This document shows, piece after piece, positions 39,935 through 54,120 of a DNA stretch of 64,000 nucleotides. The notes below the pieces were generated by a model. It was not told the DNA's origin. It searched no databases and saw nothing but the letters and a program-made list of their open reading frames with translations. The number at the start of each line of letters is the position of its first letter. Positions within the stretch are counted from its first letter, which is position 1. The position numbers were made by a program, and so were the translations under genes. Origin of the DNA: Octopus sinensis (taxonomy: Eukaryota); contig NC_043005.1 in assembly GCF_006345805.1 (NCBI RefSeq), positions 77,810,001 through 77,874,000 on the forward strand, in the 5' to 3' direction.

Positions 39935-41010
39935 TATTTCGCCTCATCTAAGCCTGTAATATACCACGAAAAGCTAAGAACATCACAAAATACCATAATG
40001 CACCACAAGTTACATAAACAAAGCTAATTAGTTTTTAGAGACCAAACGTGATTTTGGAGGCTTGTTTCTGTCATTTTGTAGCTTGTTTCATTCACTGGAT
40101 TCCGGACACGCTGATACACCGCCTTAATAGAATTAGTCGGACAAATCGAACCTAGCACTAATTAATATTAAATCCTGGTACATATTCTATCGATCCCTTT
40201 TTTTCCGAAGCGCTAAGATACGGTAACGTCAAACCAGCAACGGTTGTCTGGCGGCGTTGGGAAATAAACCCAAACGCAAAGACACATTTCCCCCATCTCT
40301 ATGCCTTTCAAACGAACGTAGACTCATAGACACATATGATATACAACAAACTTCTTTCAGTTTCCGTCCGCCAAATCCACTCACAAGACTTTGGTTGGCG
40401 CGGAGCTAGTAAAAGACATTTGTGCTTGCTTAAACCCTCGCATTGGGAGTGAACCCAAGTCCACATGGTTGGGAAGCAAACACTTTAATCACACAACCAC
40501 GCTTGCACCTCTAAGTAATTTTATGAATAAGCAGTTTCTTTTTATGTGAACTTTAAATTGTGACTTCATATTTACTTTTTCTTTATTGCAAATCCACCAG
40601 AGGTTGAATTTCAATATGAATTTTTTTTTTCATTTTGATCCCTTTTCTTTTTTCTGTCTCGTACTTTGACATTTCTGCAAGTATTTTGGCCTTATCGATT
40701 TGAAAACTCAAGGAGAAAACATTGAATAAAATCTTACTAGAATTCAGAAATTAGAAAGATGATGCTTTTTCAATTTTAGCAGAGAGAGAAAAAAGAAAAA
40801 AAGGCTCTATGTTTGAGGTGAAGGAGTGAACACAGTATTGTCAAATTCATGTCTTTCCAAGCTCATTGAAAGAGTTAGCTGTCACCAGCCAACGAGTATG
40901 GGTGATCATTTGTACCATGCTTTTGCAAATTGCTTTCGGTGCCTGCAATAGTACACATGCACATGCGTACACACACGTTGCACTTGTTTGTGCATGTATG
41001 TAACTTTCTG

Positions 41011-41336
41011 GTGAAGGCGTGTGGCTTAGTGGTTAGGGCATTTGGCTCACGATTGTAAGGTCGTGAGTTCAATTCCCGGCGGCGCGTTGTGTCCTTGAGC
41101 AAGACACTTTATTTTCACGTTGCTCCAGTCCACTCAGCTGGCAAAAATAAGTTGTACCTGTATTTCAAAGGGCGAGCCTTGTCACATTCTATGTTATGCT
41201 GAATCTTCCTGAGAACTACGTTAGGGGTACACGTGTCTGTGGATTGCTCAGTTACTTGCACGTTAATTTCACGAGCAGGCTGTTCCGTTGATCGTATCAG
41301 CTGGGACCCTCGTCGTCGTAACCGTCGGAGTGCTCC
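41011..41336 (+). mobile_element. SINE head H2 plus tail T3, 13-bp TSD (1 mismatch)
   Basis: ATGTAACTTTCTG at 40998-41010 and ATGTAATTTTCTG at 41337-41349. A second, more diverged copy lies at 44372-44664. Confidence 0.88.
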
Positions 41337-42365
41337 ATGTAATTTTCTGACACTCGTAATAATTCTTTCTAATTTTGGCACAAAGTCAGCAGGTTTGAGG
41401 CGAGGGAATTAGATAACACCATCGATTCTAATACATGTCTGATACTTTATTTCATCGACCGCGTAATGACAAAAGATAAGTTGCTCTCAGTGGAGTTTGA
41501 GCTCAGAACGTTAAGAGCTGGGAGAAATGTCGTTAAGCGTCTTATCCAACGTACTAAGTATTATGTCATTTCACCTCCCTCCCAATTCATAACAGTCCTT
41601 TCTTCCACAGGGTCTGGAGTTTTGGTGGGTGGCGGTTTTTTTTGGGGGGGGGGTAACTGATTAGTTCGACGCCAGTGCTCGACTGGTACTTATTTCATCG
41701 ACCTCGAAAGGATGAAAGGCAAAGTCGACCTCGGCGGAATTCGAACTCAGAACGTAATGCCACTAAGCATTTTGTTTGGCGTACTAACGATTCTTTTCTA
41801 CTCTATGTACAACGCCCGAAAATTTTGGGGATCCAGTTGATTAGATCGACCCAAGTACGCAGCTGGTACTTAATTTATCGACCCCAAAAGGATGAAAGAC
41901 AAAGTCGACCTCGGCGGAAATTGAACTCAGAACGTAAAGACAGATAGAAAACCGCTAAGTATTTCGCACGGTGTGCTAACATATCTGCTAGCTCGCTGCT
42001 CTACCGCCCCTCATAATAAAACAACTTAAAAACACCCAAAACAAACCAAATAAAACTAAACCAAGATAGGAACCTCTACGTAGTCACCTGATGTGCTAAA
42101 AGTAGCAGCTTATTTTTTTCAAATTAAAATTTTACCACCTTAAAACCCCCCCAGAAAAACCATATTCGATAATGTAGTCCTACATAAGTTCGATGACAAG
42201 CCTCGATGAAGACCTAGGGTTAAACAAAAGCAATAAACAAAAACCAACGAAAGAGGTAAACAAACGGTTTGTACGTTAACAAATAACTCTGTTATGTTGA
42301 TATTTCGACATTTTATTGTTCACAAAATACACTCATACAACTGGGATGTTGTGTCGATATGTTTT

Positions 42366-42415
<50 letters not shown>

Positions 42416-42792
42416 TTTATAGATTATATTTATCAATGCTTTACTAGATCTTCGCTATACGATCGATATTTGATATTTTTACTTATCGATTATCTATCTT
42501 ACCAACTTTTGAGTGAAGTTATTGCTATAATGTAAATTCGTAATAGATTTACGTACACCTAAAACACAAGAGGTTGTTTGGTGCAATGTATACTTTCAAC
42601 TGATTCATTATCAATATAAGCTACAGGCATGGTTACTTGATTAAGAATCTCGGTTTGCAACGACGTGGTTTCGGGTTCAATCTCACTGCGTTGCAACTTG
42701 GCCAAGTGTTTTCTAATATTTCCACAATAGTGTGGGGCTAACCAATGCCCTGTGCGTGAATTTGTTTGACAGACACTGTATGGAAGAGCGTC

Positions 42793-42843
<51 letters not shown>

Positions 42844-43042
42844 ATATATATAATATATATATATTATAACATATAAAGGATGAGACACGTGATATTTTTC
42901 CTCTAAATTTATGTTAGTTGTTAAGGCACGGTGAATAGAAGATTCGCCAAGCAAATTATTGTATTTGCTAAAGAAATCTGAAACGTAGGTAAACCGCAAA
43001 AAATAACAAGGTAAAAGTTTTTATTTTTCATTCCCTTCGAAA

Positions 43043-43091
43043 ATTGCTCTTAAAGGTAGTTTTCTCTTGCGTTTAATTGTACACTATGTTT

Positions 43092-43146
<55 letters not shown>

Positions 43147-43183
43147 TATATATATAATATATATATATAACATATACATATAT

Positions 43184-43241
<58 letters not shown>

Positions 43242-43257
43242 ATATATACATTACATA

Positions 43258-43337
<80 letters not shown>

Positions 43338-43385
43338 AAACATAGTGTACAATTAAACGCAAGAGAAAACTACCTTAAGAGCAAT
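43043..43385. repeat. ~50-bp inverted duplication enclosing ~240 bp of (TA)n
   Basis: 43043-43095 is the reverse complement of about 43334-43385, with a single A indel. Confidence 0.9.
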
Positions 43386-43781
43386 GGAGGATGTTACAAA
43401 TGGTTTAGCTATGTCTTATGACCCTAAGCTACAAAAGAGAATTCGGGGTCCAAAATAATCAAATTTACCAGTTAAAATTAGTTCATACCATATTAAGCGG
43501 TCCAGTACAAAATGTTAAAAGTGTGATAGTGAACGACATGGACTATATTCTTTTTATTTCTCTTCGTTTTACTTGTTTCCCTCATTGGACTGTGGCCTTA
43601 GCAAAACGACCCCAATTCTTATTTTCGTTTTTAAACCCGGTACTTATTCTACCGATATTTATTGCTCAGTTAAGAAGATGTAAACAAACCAGTACCGGTT
43701 GCCAAGCGAGGTGTGGGGTACCAACATATAGACATACATACACAAGCATATGTGTGTGTACATACATATATAAATAAATGA

Positions 43782-43813
<32 letters not shown>

Positions 43814-44697
43814 GTATATATATGTATGTGTATATATATATATATATATATTGAGTGATTGAGATGAAGTCACGACGTCACTGATATGGTTTAGCGTTTA
43901 GCCTACAAACCTACTGGTTCATGTCACTACATTTTCTACTGATAACCCAGTGGCTTCTGTTTCTCAGAGCTGGTTCATTCCGTGACTTCTCTGCTCAGGT
44001 TCCCTCCACTCACACGTCTCTATTCTCGTTACCCACATTGTGTCTAACCCGGCATCCCCCATCCCTACTACTAAATTTATGTCTCAGATGGAGACCGAAA
44101 ACTAATGTCAAGCTGTAATCTTTAGTGATAATATAGTTATTTTTACTTAAAACTAACAAAGATACCAAGTAATTTCTGTACTTATGTTCAAAGTAAAAAT
44201 ATATATACTCACAATTAACCTTTGTCATGTATATGCGTTAGTGTTTGGGTTTTTATATGTGTATGCATGTGTTCGTAGGGCTTTATGTACGCATATGTAT
44301 AATTCTCTCTCTCTCTGCTTCTTTTCTCTACCTATATATATTTGTGTGTGGTGTGTGTGTGTGTGTGAATGTACGTGGTTTATTCAGCTCATGATCCTAA
44401 GGTTGTGAGTTCGATTCCTGGTGGAGTGTTCTGTCCTTGAATAAGGCACTTTATTTCACATTGTTCCAGTCCTCTCGGCTGGCAAAAATGAGTGGAATCT
44501 GTGATTCAAAGGCCAGCCTTGTCACACTCCGTGTCACGCTGAATCTCCCCGAGAACTACCTGCGTGTCTCTGGAGTGGTCAGCCACTTGCACGTTAATTC
44601 TACGAGCAGGCTGTCGGGTAGATCGGATCAACTGAAACCCTTGTCGTTGAAACCGACGGAATGCTATATATATGTATATGCCATCTAAGAATTTATA

Positions 44698-44933
44698 CCC
44701 ATTACGACCGATCTTACCGATCGGTATCGCGCTAGGGTTTCAACAGAGTGTTAGGTAACAGTCCAATTCTGCAACCCTGCACTCTTCAGATATGGCAGTT
44801 ATAGAGAGCCGTCGGCATATTTCATTCCATAACTGTCATCCCTGAAAAGCACAGGGTTACATAATCGGACTGTTATGTAACAATCCGTTGAATCCCTTGT
44901 GCAAAACCGATCGGTAAAATCGGCCGTAATGGA
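44698..44933. mobile_element. Hairpin MITE, possibly piggyBac-like
   Basis: Termini CCATTACGACCGATCTTACCGATCGGT / ACCGATCGGTAAAATCGGCCGTAATGG. Arms of about 105 bp are complementary along their length. Flanks resemble degenerate TTAA|CCC..GGG|TTAA. Confidence 0.65.
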
Positions 44934-44955
44934 TAAATGATATTGTACATTGCGA

Positions 44956-45003
<48 letters not shown>

Positions 45004-45269
45004 ACTATGTTGCCGAGGCTTTTTTCTTGTGGATATTTAGCCCAATTCAACTCTGATCTAACATATCAACGATTAAGTGCACTGGGGCCGTGACCAACTC
45101 CTCTTTTCCTAATGTTCTCAATGTGTAAGAAATCCAGGACCATATTATCAAACCTGTTCCTTTCTAACGCAGTGATATACGATTTAAAGAAATTTAGCTC
45201 TTATTTCTTGTAGGTCGAGCGACTACAGGCAGGCGTTTTCGTTCGTTTATGACTCTCTGTCTCTCTGTC

Positions 45270-45359
<90 letters not shown>

Positions 45360-45846
45360 CCCCCTCTCTCTCTTTCTCTCTCTCACTTTCTATTGATAGA
45401 GGTGCGGATGGCAAATAAAGAATTTCTGTTTCAGTGAATGCCAGAGTGCAATGCATGTCTTTAATCAAGTAAGAACTCCAAGAAGATTAAATTACAACTG
45501 CAATGAGTAAATCATTATCAGATCAAACGACATTACCATCAACCGTATTCAGCTGTTCACATAAACTAGTAACCCCAATAACTTGTTAACTAGGATGAAT
45601 TTAATTCCATTTTGGGAATTTGAACGAATTCTGAAAACTTGAAACGACAACAAATTCATTTAACAGATTTTGTTTCTTTTCTTTTGTTATAGATGAGATC
45701 CAGGCGTAGCTGTGTGGGAAGAAACTTGCTTCCCAATCACAAGGTTTCAAGTTCTGTCCCACTATATGGCATCTTGAGCAAGTGTCTTCTACTACAGCCT
45801 CGGGCCGACCAAAGCATTGTGAGTGGATTTGGTAGACAGAAACTGT

Positions 45847-45898
<52 letters not shown>

Positions 45899-45944
45899 TG
45901 GTGTGTGTGCGTGTGTGTGTGCATGAATATATGTTATATATATA

Positions 45945-45982
<38 letters not shown>

Positions 45983-46071
45983 AGAGTTTACGAAAAAAAA
46001 AACACAAACGAAGACAGGTGGTGTACAAAACAAACAGATGTATTAATATAACGCTCAGGAATAGGAAAAGT

Positions 46072-46107
46072 CTTTTACGTTTCGAGCCTACGCTCTTCTA
46101 CAGAAAG
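46072..46107 (-). ncRNA. Hammerhead-like fold with non-canonical core (CUGUAGA+A)
   Basis: CTTT-CTGTAGAA-GAGC-GTAG-GCTC-GAAA-CG-TA-AAAG. A degenerate second copy lies at 18097-18132. Confidence 0.4.
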
Positions 46108-46226
46108 GGACAAGGACAACAAGAAGAGAAACAAGGAGAGAAAAAAATGTCTGTAGTGGCTAACGATCTATCATGGCGTCTGTGTGTAGTGGCTAACGAT
46201 CTATGATGGCGTCTATCATGCATATA

Positions 46227-46278
<52 letters not shown>

Positions 46279-46361
46279 TGTATATAGTATACAAGTATAC
46301 ACATATACATATATATATATATATGCATACACGCACGCACACACACACAAACATATATATT

Positions 46362-46595
46362 CTTTTATTCTTTTATTTGTTTGAGTCATTTGACTGCGGC
46401 CATGCTGGAACATCGCTTTTAGTCGAACAAATCGACCCCAAGACTTATTCTTTGTATGCCTAGCACTTATTCTATCGGGTCCATTTTTGCTGAACCGCCA
46501 TGTGACAAGGACGTAAACACACCAACATCGGTTGTCAAACTATGATGGGTGGGGGGACAAACACAACTAACAAATACATATATACATAATACATA

Positions 46596-46647
<52 letters not shown>

Positions 46648-46990
46648 CGACGTCTGCCGTTACGTTCCGAGTTCAAATTCCGCCGAGGTCGACTTTGCCT
46701 TTCATCCTTCCGGGGTCGATAAATTAAGTACCAGTTACACACTGGGGTCGATGTAATCGACTTAATCCGTTTGTCTGTCCTTGTTTGTCTCCTCTGTGTT
46801 TAGCCCCTTGTGGGTAGTAAAGAAATATATATATATATATACGACAGACTTCTTTCAGTTTCCGTCTATCAGATCCACTCACGACGCTTTTGTTGGCCCG
46901 AGGTTAAAGAAGAAGACATTTGCGCAAGGTGCCATGCAGTGGTACTGTAACCCGGAACCATGTGGCTGGGAAGCAAGCTTCTTACCACAC
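46362..46990 (-). mobile_element. SINE B interrupted by a headless SINE A (46652-46827, + strand)
   Basis: B tail at 46362-46560 and B head at 46840-46990. (TA)n-CGAC is duplicated on both sides of the insert. Confidence 0.82.
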
Positions 46991-47524
46991 AATATTTGCA
47001 TGCATGTATGTATGTATGTATGTATGTATGTATGTATGTATGTATGTATGTAGGGTGTTTATTGGACACCCTGTGGGATGAAAAACAAAACCCGTCAAAG
47101 GGCGGAGGAACTCTTGAGAGTCAACGGCCATCCAATAAATATCTTAAAGCTGTATCATGCGCGGGGACATAGAAATAATCGGACTGAATACCCGATCGCG
47201 CGGTTAAACCATTGGGAGTGAAGGACTCCTAGCCTTTGTTAGGGCATCCTTCTAGGAGAAGGTAACTCAGGAAACTGAGATAACTCCGACATAAATCTGC
47301 GGCTCAGTGGTTACCGATGATGTTGACTTGTTCTTCTTTTCGGATTATGGCTACTGTTGCTTAGTGAGTGAGATTGACTCAGTGTACAGCCTTTCTTCAC
47401 TTAAAAAAAAATCTTCTTGCACAGGCATTGCATGATAACAACATTGGTTAAGCTTCGTGCAATGGCCATACTCGATAACGAGGGGGAAGCCACCACCATG
47501 TATGTATGTATGTATGTATGTATG

Positions 47525-47555
<31 letters not shown>

Positions 47556-47597
47556 GTAATAAACTATATGGCCATGTGAGAGCCGGTATGTCAAAAT

Positions 47598-47806
47598 AAG
47601 GCGGCGAGCTGGCAGAAACGTTAGCACGCCGGGCGAAATGCGTAGCCGTATTTCGTCTGTCGTTACGTTGTGAGTTCAAATTCCGCCGAGGTCGACTTTG
47701 CCTTTCATCCTTTCGGCGTCGATAAATTAAGTACCAGTTACGCACTGGGGTCGATGTCCTTGTTTGTCCCCTCTATGTTTAGCCCCTTGTGGGTAATAAA
47801 GAAATA
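47598..47806 (+). mobile_element. SINE A with 13-bp TSD
   Basis: GGTATGTCAAAAT at 47585-47597 and 47807-47819. Confidence 0.9.
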
Positions 47807-48265
47807 GGTATGTCAAAATTCCAGATTTTCCATGACCTCGTCACTCTATGATTCTATACTCAAGTTACGCAGACAAGTTTGTTTTTCTGTAATAAGGAAA
47901 AAATACACTTCCAGGAAATGTGCGACGCTTGTACATTTGCTTAATATATCTAATACCATCGCGTTTAGGTAATTTCGCTTTTCACCAAAACCATTCTACT
48001 TTTTATACTTTCGCTTCTCTTATAACACTTTCGTACCACATTTATCAGCTTTACTTTTGGGAATAGTTTTCTTTTCACTTAAACGATTTCACGTTTTACA
48101 TTTTCGCACCACATATAACACATTTCGTTTTTGGAAACAGTTTCACTTTTTAAACTTTCGTATCAACTCGACACCTTCAATCACGTAGAGAAAACAGGAA
48201 CTTAATACCTATCTATTTGTCTGTCTGTCTGCCAAGCTGTCACGTAGAGAAGACCTCAACTTTGA

Positions 48266-48347
<82 letters not shown>

Positions 48348-48964
48348 CCTGTCTGTCTGTCCGTCTGTATTTCGAGTAAGAAATTCTAATGAAGGTTTCC
48401 AAAATATTGATTCGTGTTGGAACCCATCTGGAATAGTAAGTTCGACATTTTAAAATGCAAATTTTTGGAAATAACACATTTGGCAAAAAAAGTGGTGGAC
48501 AATTTTTTTATTTAAATTTAAAATCGCATCATTCCCAACACTACTGTTTTTGGTCATTCCGCCTGCTAAAAATAACAGCCAAATCACCTGAAAATATATG
48601 ATAATGTCTTAAGAGCTCTAAGACATTGAAATCTTAGATATGCTTTAACTGAGAAAAAAAAAGGAAAAGATCAGATGACCCAAAAGAATACATTCACCAA
48701 TGTTGTTCCAGATGAAATGGTCATAGATGGAACGCCTTTTCTCATTGGTTTCTTCAATCATGATTGACATGAAGATGAAGCAACCATACTTTAAATAACT
48801 TGTGACAGAATCAATGAGTGAACCTCTATGTAGATGCTTGATTTACTAGATATAGCACTCAGATAATTCTCAAATATTACTTTAAAGTCTTAACAAAAGC
48901 GTGCATTTGGACAGACTCGTTAGAGTGTGGGACAAGTTGCTTTGCTTTTTTGATGTTGTTGTTG

Positions 48965-49014
<50 letters not shown>

Positions 49015-49017
<3 letters not shown>

Positions 49018-52000
49018 CAGTTTTATTTTTATAGCGTGCTTTCACTTCACTACCGAGCGCAGCTCTGTGTGCCTTAGGTATGTGCTGTGATGTGTTGTGA
49101 TGCTCTGATGGTTATTGTATGGAAAGTGTTCTGCGTAGGATGTGTGCAGTGCCTAGTAGTGCAATTTTCTGTGTTATATGTGTTTTTGTTATGTATTTGT
49201 CTGAATATCTTTTATCATGCCTAATGCACCTACTATGATAGGAATTGTTTCTGTTTTTAGATTCCACATTCTGGTTACCTCTATTTCCAGGTCTTTGTAT
49301 TTTGAAAGTTTCTCCATTTCTTTTAGAGACACGTTGTCATCTGCTGGTATTGATACATCCATTAGAAAGCATTTTTTTTTCTTCATGATCTCTGACAACT
49401 ATATCTGGTCTGTTAGCCTTGATTTCTCTATCTGTGTGTATCGGCATATCCCAGAGTATGGTTGCTTTCTCGTTTTCTGTGACCTTTTCTGGTGTGTGCC
49501 TATACCATCTTTTTTCTGTTGTTATTCCATAATGTTGGCATAGCTTCCAGTGTATGTAGGTCCTAACTCTGTCATGTCTGTGAATATATTCCTTCTTAGC
49601 CAGGACTGGGCAGCCAGAGATAATATGATTTATTGTTTCTTGTCCATCACCACATTTTCTGCAGTTACTTGTTATATTTCTTTTCATTACATGTTTTTGG
49701 TAATTTCTAGTGGGGAGGCTTTGGTCTTGTGCTGCAATTAAAAATCCCTCTGTCTCTGCTTTGAGTCCTGAGCTTCTCAACTATTGCTGGGATTTTTCTT
49801 TGTCTATTTCTTTTGCGTTTAGTTTAGTCCAGTATTTACCATGAAGGGGCTTTTCTTGCCATCGTTTTATCATGGTTCGTTGCTGTTCTATTTTTAGTTT
49901 GGATTTCATTTGTTTTATAGCTTTTGTTGTCTCTTCTTCTTCTTCTTCTTCTCTTCTTCTTCTTTTCTTCTTCTCTTCTTCTTCTTCTTCTTCTTCTTCT
50001 TCTCTTCTTCTTCTTCTTCTTCTTCTTCTTCTTCTTCTTCTTCTTCTTCTCTTCATATTTATTAGGTGGTATGATTTCTTGTTTGTATTTGTCAGCTTCC
50101 TTAAATACTGAGAACAGTATTTTGTTTTGCTCGTGTTTTGCCGCTATTTGTATCAGTTTTCCTTCCTTCTGAAGTAGATATTTTTGCAGTCCTATGGTGG
50201 TTATTTTATAGTAGTTTTCCAGCTGTATAAGGTCTATACCACCTTCTAAACGTTGTATATATAGTCTTTCTATGTCAGATTTTAGGTGATGCATCCTAGA
50301 TCCTGTCATTATTTTTCTTGTTTTCCTATCTATTTTGGTCAGTTCATTTAGTGTCCAGTTAAGGATATTGTAGCTGTAACTTATAACTGGGACAGCTAAA
50401 GTGTTATTACCTATTATCTTGTTTTTAGCATTGAGCTCTGTTTTTAGTATTGATCTAACTCGTCTATAATATTCTTTTTTTATTTTCTCTTTCATTTGTG
50501 TGTGTTGTGTCTATCTAGTTCATGGATTCCTAAGTATTTGTAAGTTTGGCTTTGGTCTAGTTCTTTTATTTCATTGGTTTTATCTAGTGTGATGTTGCTT
50601 CTCTTAACTAGTTTTCCTCTTTTCAGGGTTACTTTGGCGCATTTTTCTAATCCAAATTTCATATCTATTTCTTTAGTAAATCCATGAACTGTCTTTAATA
50701 GTGTTTCCAGCTGTTTGTCATTTGCAGCGTATAGTTTTAGGTCATCCATATATAAAAGGTGGCTGATCGTTTTGCTGTAACATTTATATCCGCATCCAGT
50801 TCTATTCAGCATATCAGATAGAGGTGACAGTGCCAAGCAGAAAAGGAGTGGAGAGAGCGTGTCTCCCTGGAATATTCCTCTTCTAATGGGGATGTATTTG
50901 GTTTTCATGAGTCCCTCTTTTGTTTGGAGCTGTAGCACTGTTTGCCATTTATTCATAGAGTGCCCTATGAATTTTATAATTGTTGGTGCTACTTTGTTAA
51001 TGGCTAGTGTTTCGAGGATCCATGTGTGGGGGATGCTATCAAACGCCTTTCTGTAGTCGATCCATGCCATACTGAGGCCTTTTTTCTTTCTGTGGCTGTC
51101 TTCAGTTATGGCTTTATTAATCATTATTTGATCTTTACAGCCATATGAGCCTTTGCGGCATCCTTTCTGCTCTTCTGGAAACAGGTTGTTTTCGTCCAGG
51201 TGCTTGTTCAACCTTTGCGATATCACTGCAGTAAATGCCTTGTACATTGTAGAGAGACAGGTTATAGGTCTGTAGTTTTCTGGTTTTGCTGTCTCATTTG
51301 ATTTGGGAATTAAGATGGTTTTCCCCTTCGTGAGCCATTCAGGAATAGTCTCTGGCTCTGCTAGTATGTTGTTAAAGTTTTCAGCCAGCTTTTTGTGCAT
51401 TCCTGTTAGATATTTCAACCAGAAGTTGGGGATCTTGTCATGCCCAGGTGCTTTCCAGTTGCTTAGTCTTTGCAGTGCCTGGGTGACCTCTTCAATTGTT
51501 ATGGGGGTCCAAAGTTGCTCAGATGCTGAGTTTGTTGTTTTAATACTCCTTTTTTTTGGTCGTTCGTTCGCCGACCATATTTCTCTTCAGAATTCTTCCA
51601 CTTCTTCTGCCGTTGGTGCTGCAGTGATTTCTATTTTATTTTTTGCCAAGTTCTTGGTAGAACTTTTTGGGTTTGGAGTTGAACTCTTTGTTTTGTTCAA
51701 AGAAGCGCTGGCGTTTCTCGTACCGGCGGATCCTTTGTGCTTTGGCAAAGATATCTTGCTTCAGCTTTTCTTTTATCTCAGGTAAGTACTTTTCTGTAAT
51801 GTTATATTTACGGAGTATTTTTTTTTCTTTGTGTTGCTCAGTAGCGTTGATTGTCTACTGATTTCATTAAGAATCGACAGATCTTTTCTCATTTATGTAT
51901 TTTGTTTTGGATGTTATTTATCCACAGGGTTTATTTGGGTGGTGGTACTCCTGTTTGGATGGGTTTGAGTGTGTATCCAGCTTCTTTTGTGGCTGCAGTG

Positions 52001-53178
52001 GCTGCTGCGTATACTAAGTCATTTAGCTCAGTGATATCGCTTTTTGTTTCAGTGGCTATTAGTTCCGTGACGGCTAGGTTTATGCTGTTTATAATTGGTG
52101 TTGTTGTTTCATCTATTTTGATTTTTGGGAGGTATAGTCGGTGGTCCATTTTGAGCTCTGTGGTTTTCAGTTCTTTGATTATTTTACTTTTTATATTATC
52201 ATAATCATTAGGCTCCCCTTCGTTGTTTCCAGGTTTTAGATTTGTGTCGCTTTCTTTCTTATTTATATGTTTGTTTGCCGTGTTTTGGCTTGCTGTTTGT
52301 CGTGTATTATTATGCATCCTTACGGTCTGGGTTTGTTGTTTTTTGTTTACATCGTGTCTTCGTATTTTACTGTTTCAGTGTTTATATTATTGGGCATTGT
52401 TGTGTGGCTTCTATCTACATTTTCCTGGTGTATTTTTTCTTTTAGATGTTCTATTTCTATTTCTGATATTTTTTTTGCGTTGAGAATGTATCTTCGTACG
52501 TTAGCTAGTTTATTAGGGTTCATTGCTGTATCCAAGTCTTTATTTATGTTATTTTCCTTCTATATTTTATATGTATGTGTTGTTGTGTTTTCATTTTTTG
52601 GGTAAAGCACTGCTGTGAAGTATGCGTGTAGGATAGAAATATATTCCTCACGTGTCCATTTATGTCTTTTTGGTTTTATTTGCGGGACATGAGGAACAAC
52701 GTCCGGTCATTATTTTGACGGTCGTCATTTTCGTAGGGTACCGGTCCGTTCATTTCTGTTGTCACATTGTTTTGCACGTGTAGTTTTTCGTACATTTTGT
52801 GTTGTAAGTTTAAAGTAAGTACTTCCCGATTGTTATTCTTGGGTTGAATAATATCGGTGGTATTTAATTTCTTCGTAGTTTTTTTGTACATGGTGTTTGG
52901 GGTCGGGGATGATCAGGTGTTGATGGATCGTAATGTGCCACTCATGTTTACACGTGTTGTGTTAGAGGTGGAGATGATATCGAGTTAAAATACCCCATTT
53001 CGTTTCGAAAATAGGAATAAATTTCAATGAGTATTACTTACTCGGATATAGTCCAATCTTTTGTTAGTAAATTTTTGGCTCCATACGATGTCTTTGTTTT
53101 CGATGTTTGTGAATAGATTTCGGAGCTCTGTTTTATCGTTCTTACATCTTAAACGTCCCCCGGTGTTCCTCTCTTAAA

Positions 53179-53179
<1 letters not shown>
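49015..53179 (-). mobile_element. R4/Dong-clade retrotransposon, copy 2, essentially full length (~4.2 kb), inactivated
   Basis: RT ORF 50492-51418 (QGDTLSP, YMDD), CCHC knuckle CRKC..HIISGC, and restriction-like endonuclease RPDIVVRD..DVSIP..EKLSKYKDL. Flanked by (ATT)n at 48968-49014 and 53180-53275. Stops and frameshifts are present. Confidence 0.93.
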
Positions 53180-53227
<48 letters not shown>

Positions 53228-54120
53228 TTATTATTATTATTATTATTATTGTTATTGTTATTCTTATTATTATTAAAGCGGCGAGCTGGCACAATCATTA
53301 GCATATCGGACGAGCTCGTCTTACCTTTCATCCTTTTGGGTTGATAAATTTAGTATCAGTCAAGTTCTGGGGTTGATGTGATCGTCTTATCCCCTCCTCT
53401 AAAATTTCAGCCATTGTGCCTAGAGTGGAAAAGATTATTATAACTATTATTATTTAGGGTATCGTTTGTGTTTTCTGGTATTTGAGTGTGATACGAAATA
53501 AATTTAGCTGTTATCTCTAGCAGATCGAATCATCACATAGTGGCTGTCTTGTTGATTCAACTTTGTTCTTATCTATTATGAAACTAACATTCATAGCAAC
53601 AGGGAAATAATTCACAGAAAATTAAAGATTTATCTCAGCATAACTGCTGCTTTATTTGATCAAAATGGATTCTTATTTAATAAAGAGAATGCATTTGATT
53701 TTAAATTACAATATTTTAATGAAATTAGTGTCTTTATAAATCATAGCCCAGCTTTTTAATTAAGTGAATTTAAGTTAAAACTTTAAATCAAATTACTTTA
53801 TGTTAAAGCTTCAATACCAGACTATTTAATAGGGTTGTAACAAAGTCTGTACATTATGTATTATTAGATAAATGTATCATTAGATAACTATTATACGGAG
53901 TTAGCGTATTCACCTATAATTTTATCATTTTTCTACATTTGAAGGCGGCGAGCTGGCAGAATCGTTTGCACGTGAACAAATACTTAGCGGCATTTCGTCC
54001 GTCTTTAGTTTTGAGTTCAAATTCCGCAGAGATCGACTTTGCCATACATAATGTCGGATTCAATAAAATAAGTACTATTTGTGCTCTGAGGCTGATGTAA
54101 TCAACTTTCTCTTCGTTCAA

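Noticed and set aside
47050-47400. Possible RTE-type 5' UTR with an HDV-like ribozyme
   Set aside because: Only a loose resemblance to RTE leaders. I could not build the nested double pseudoknot by eye.
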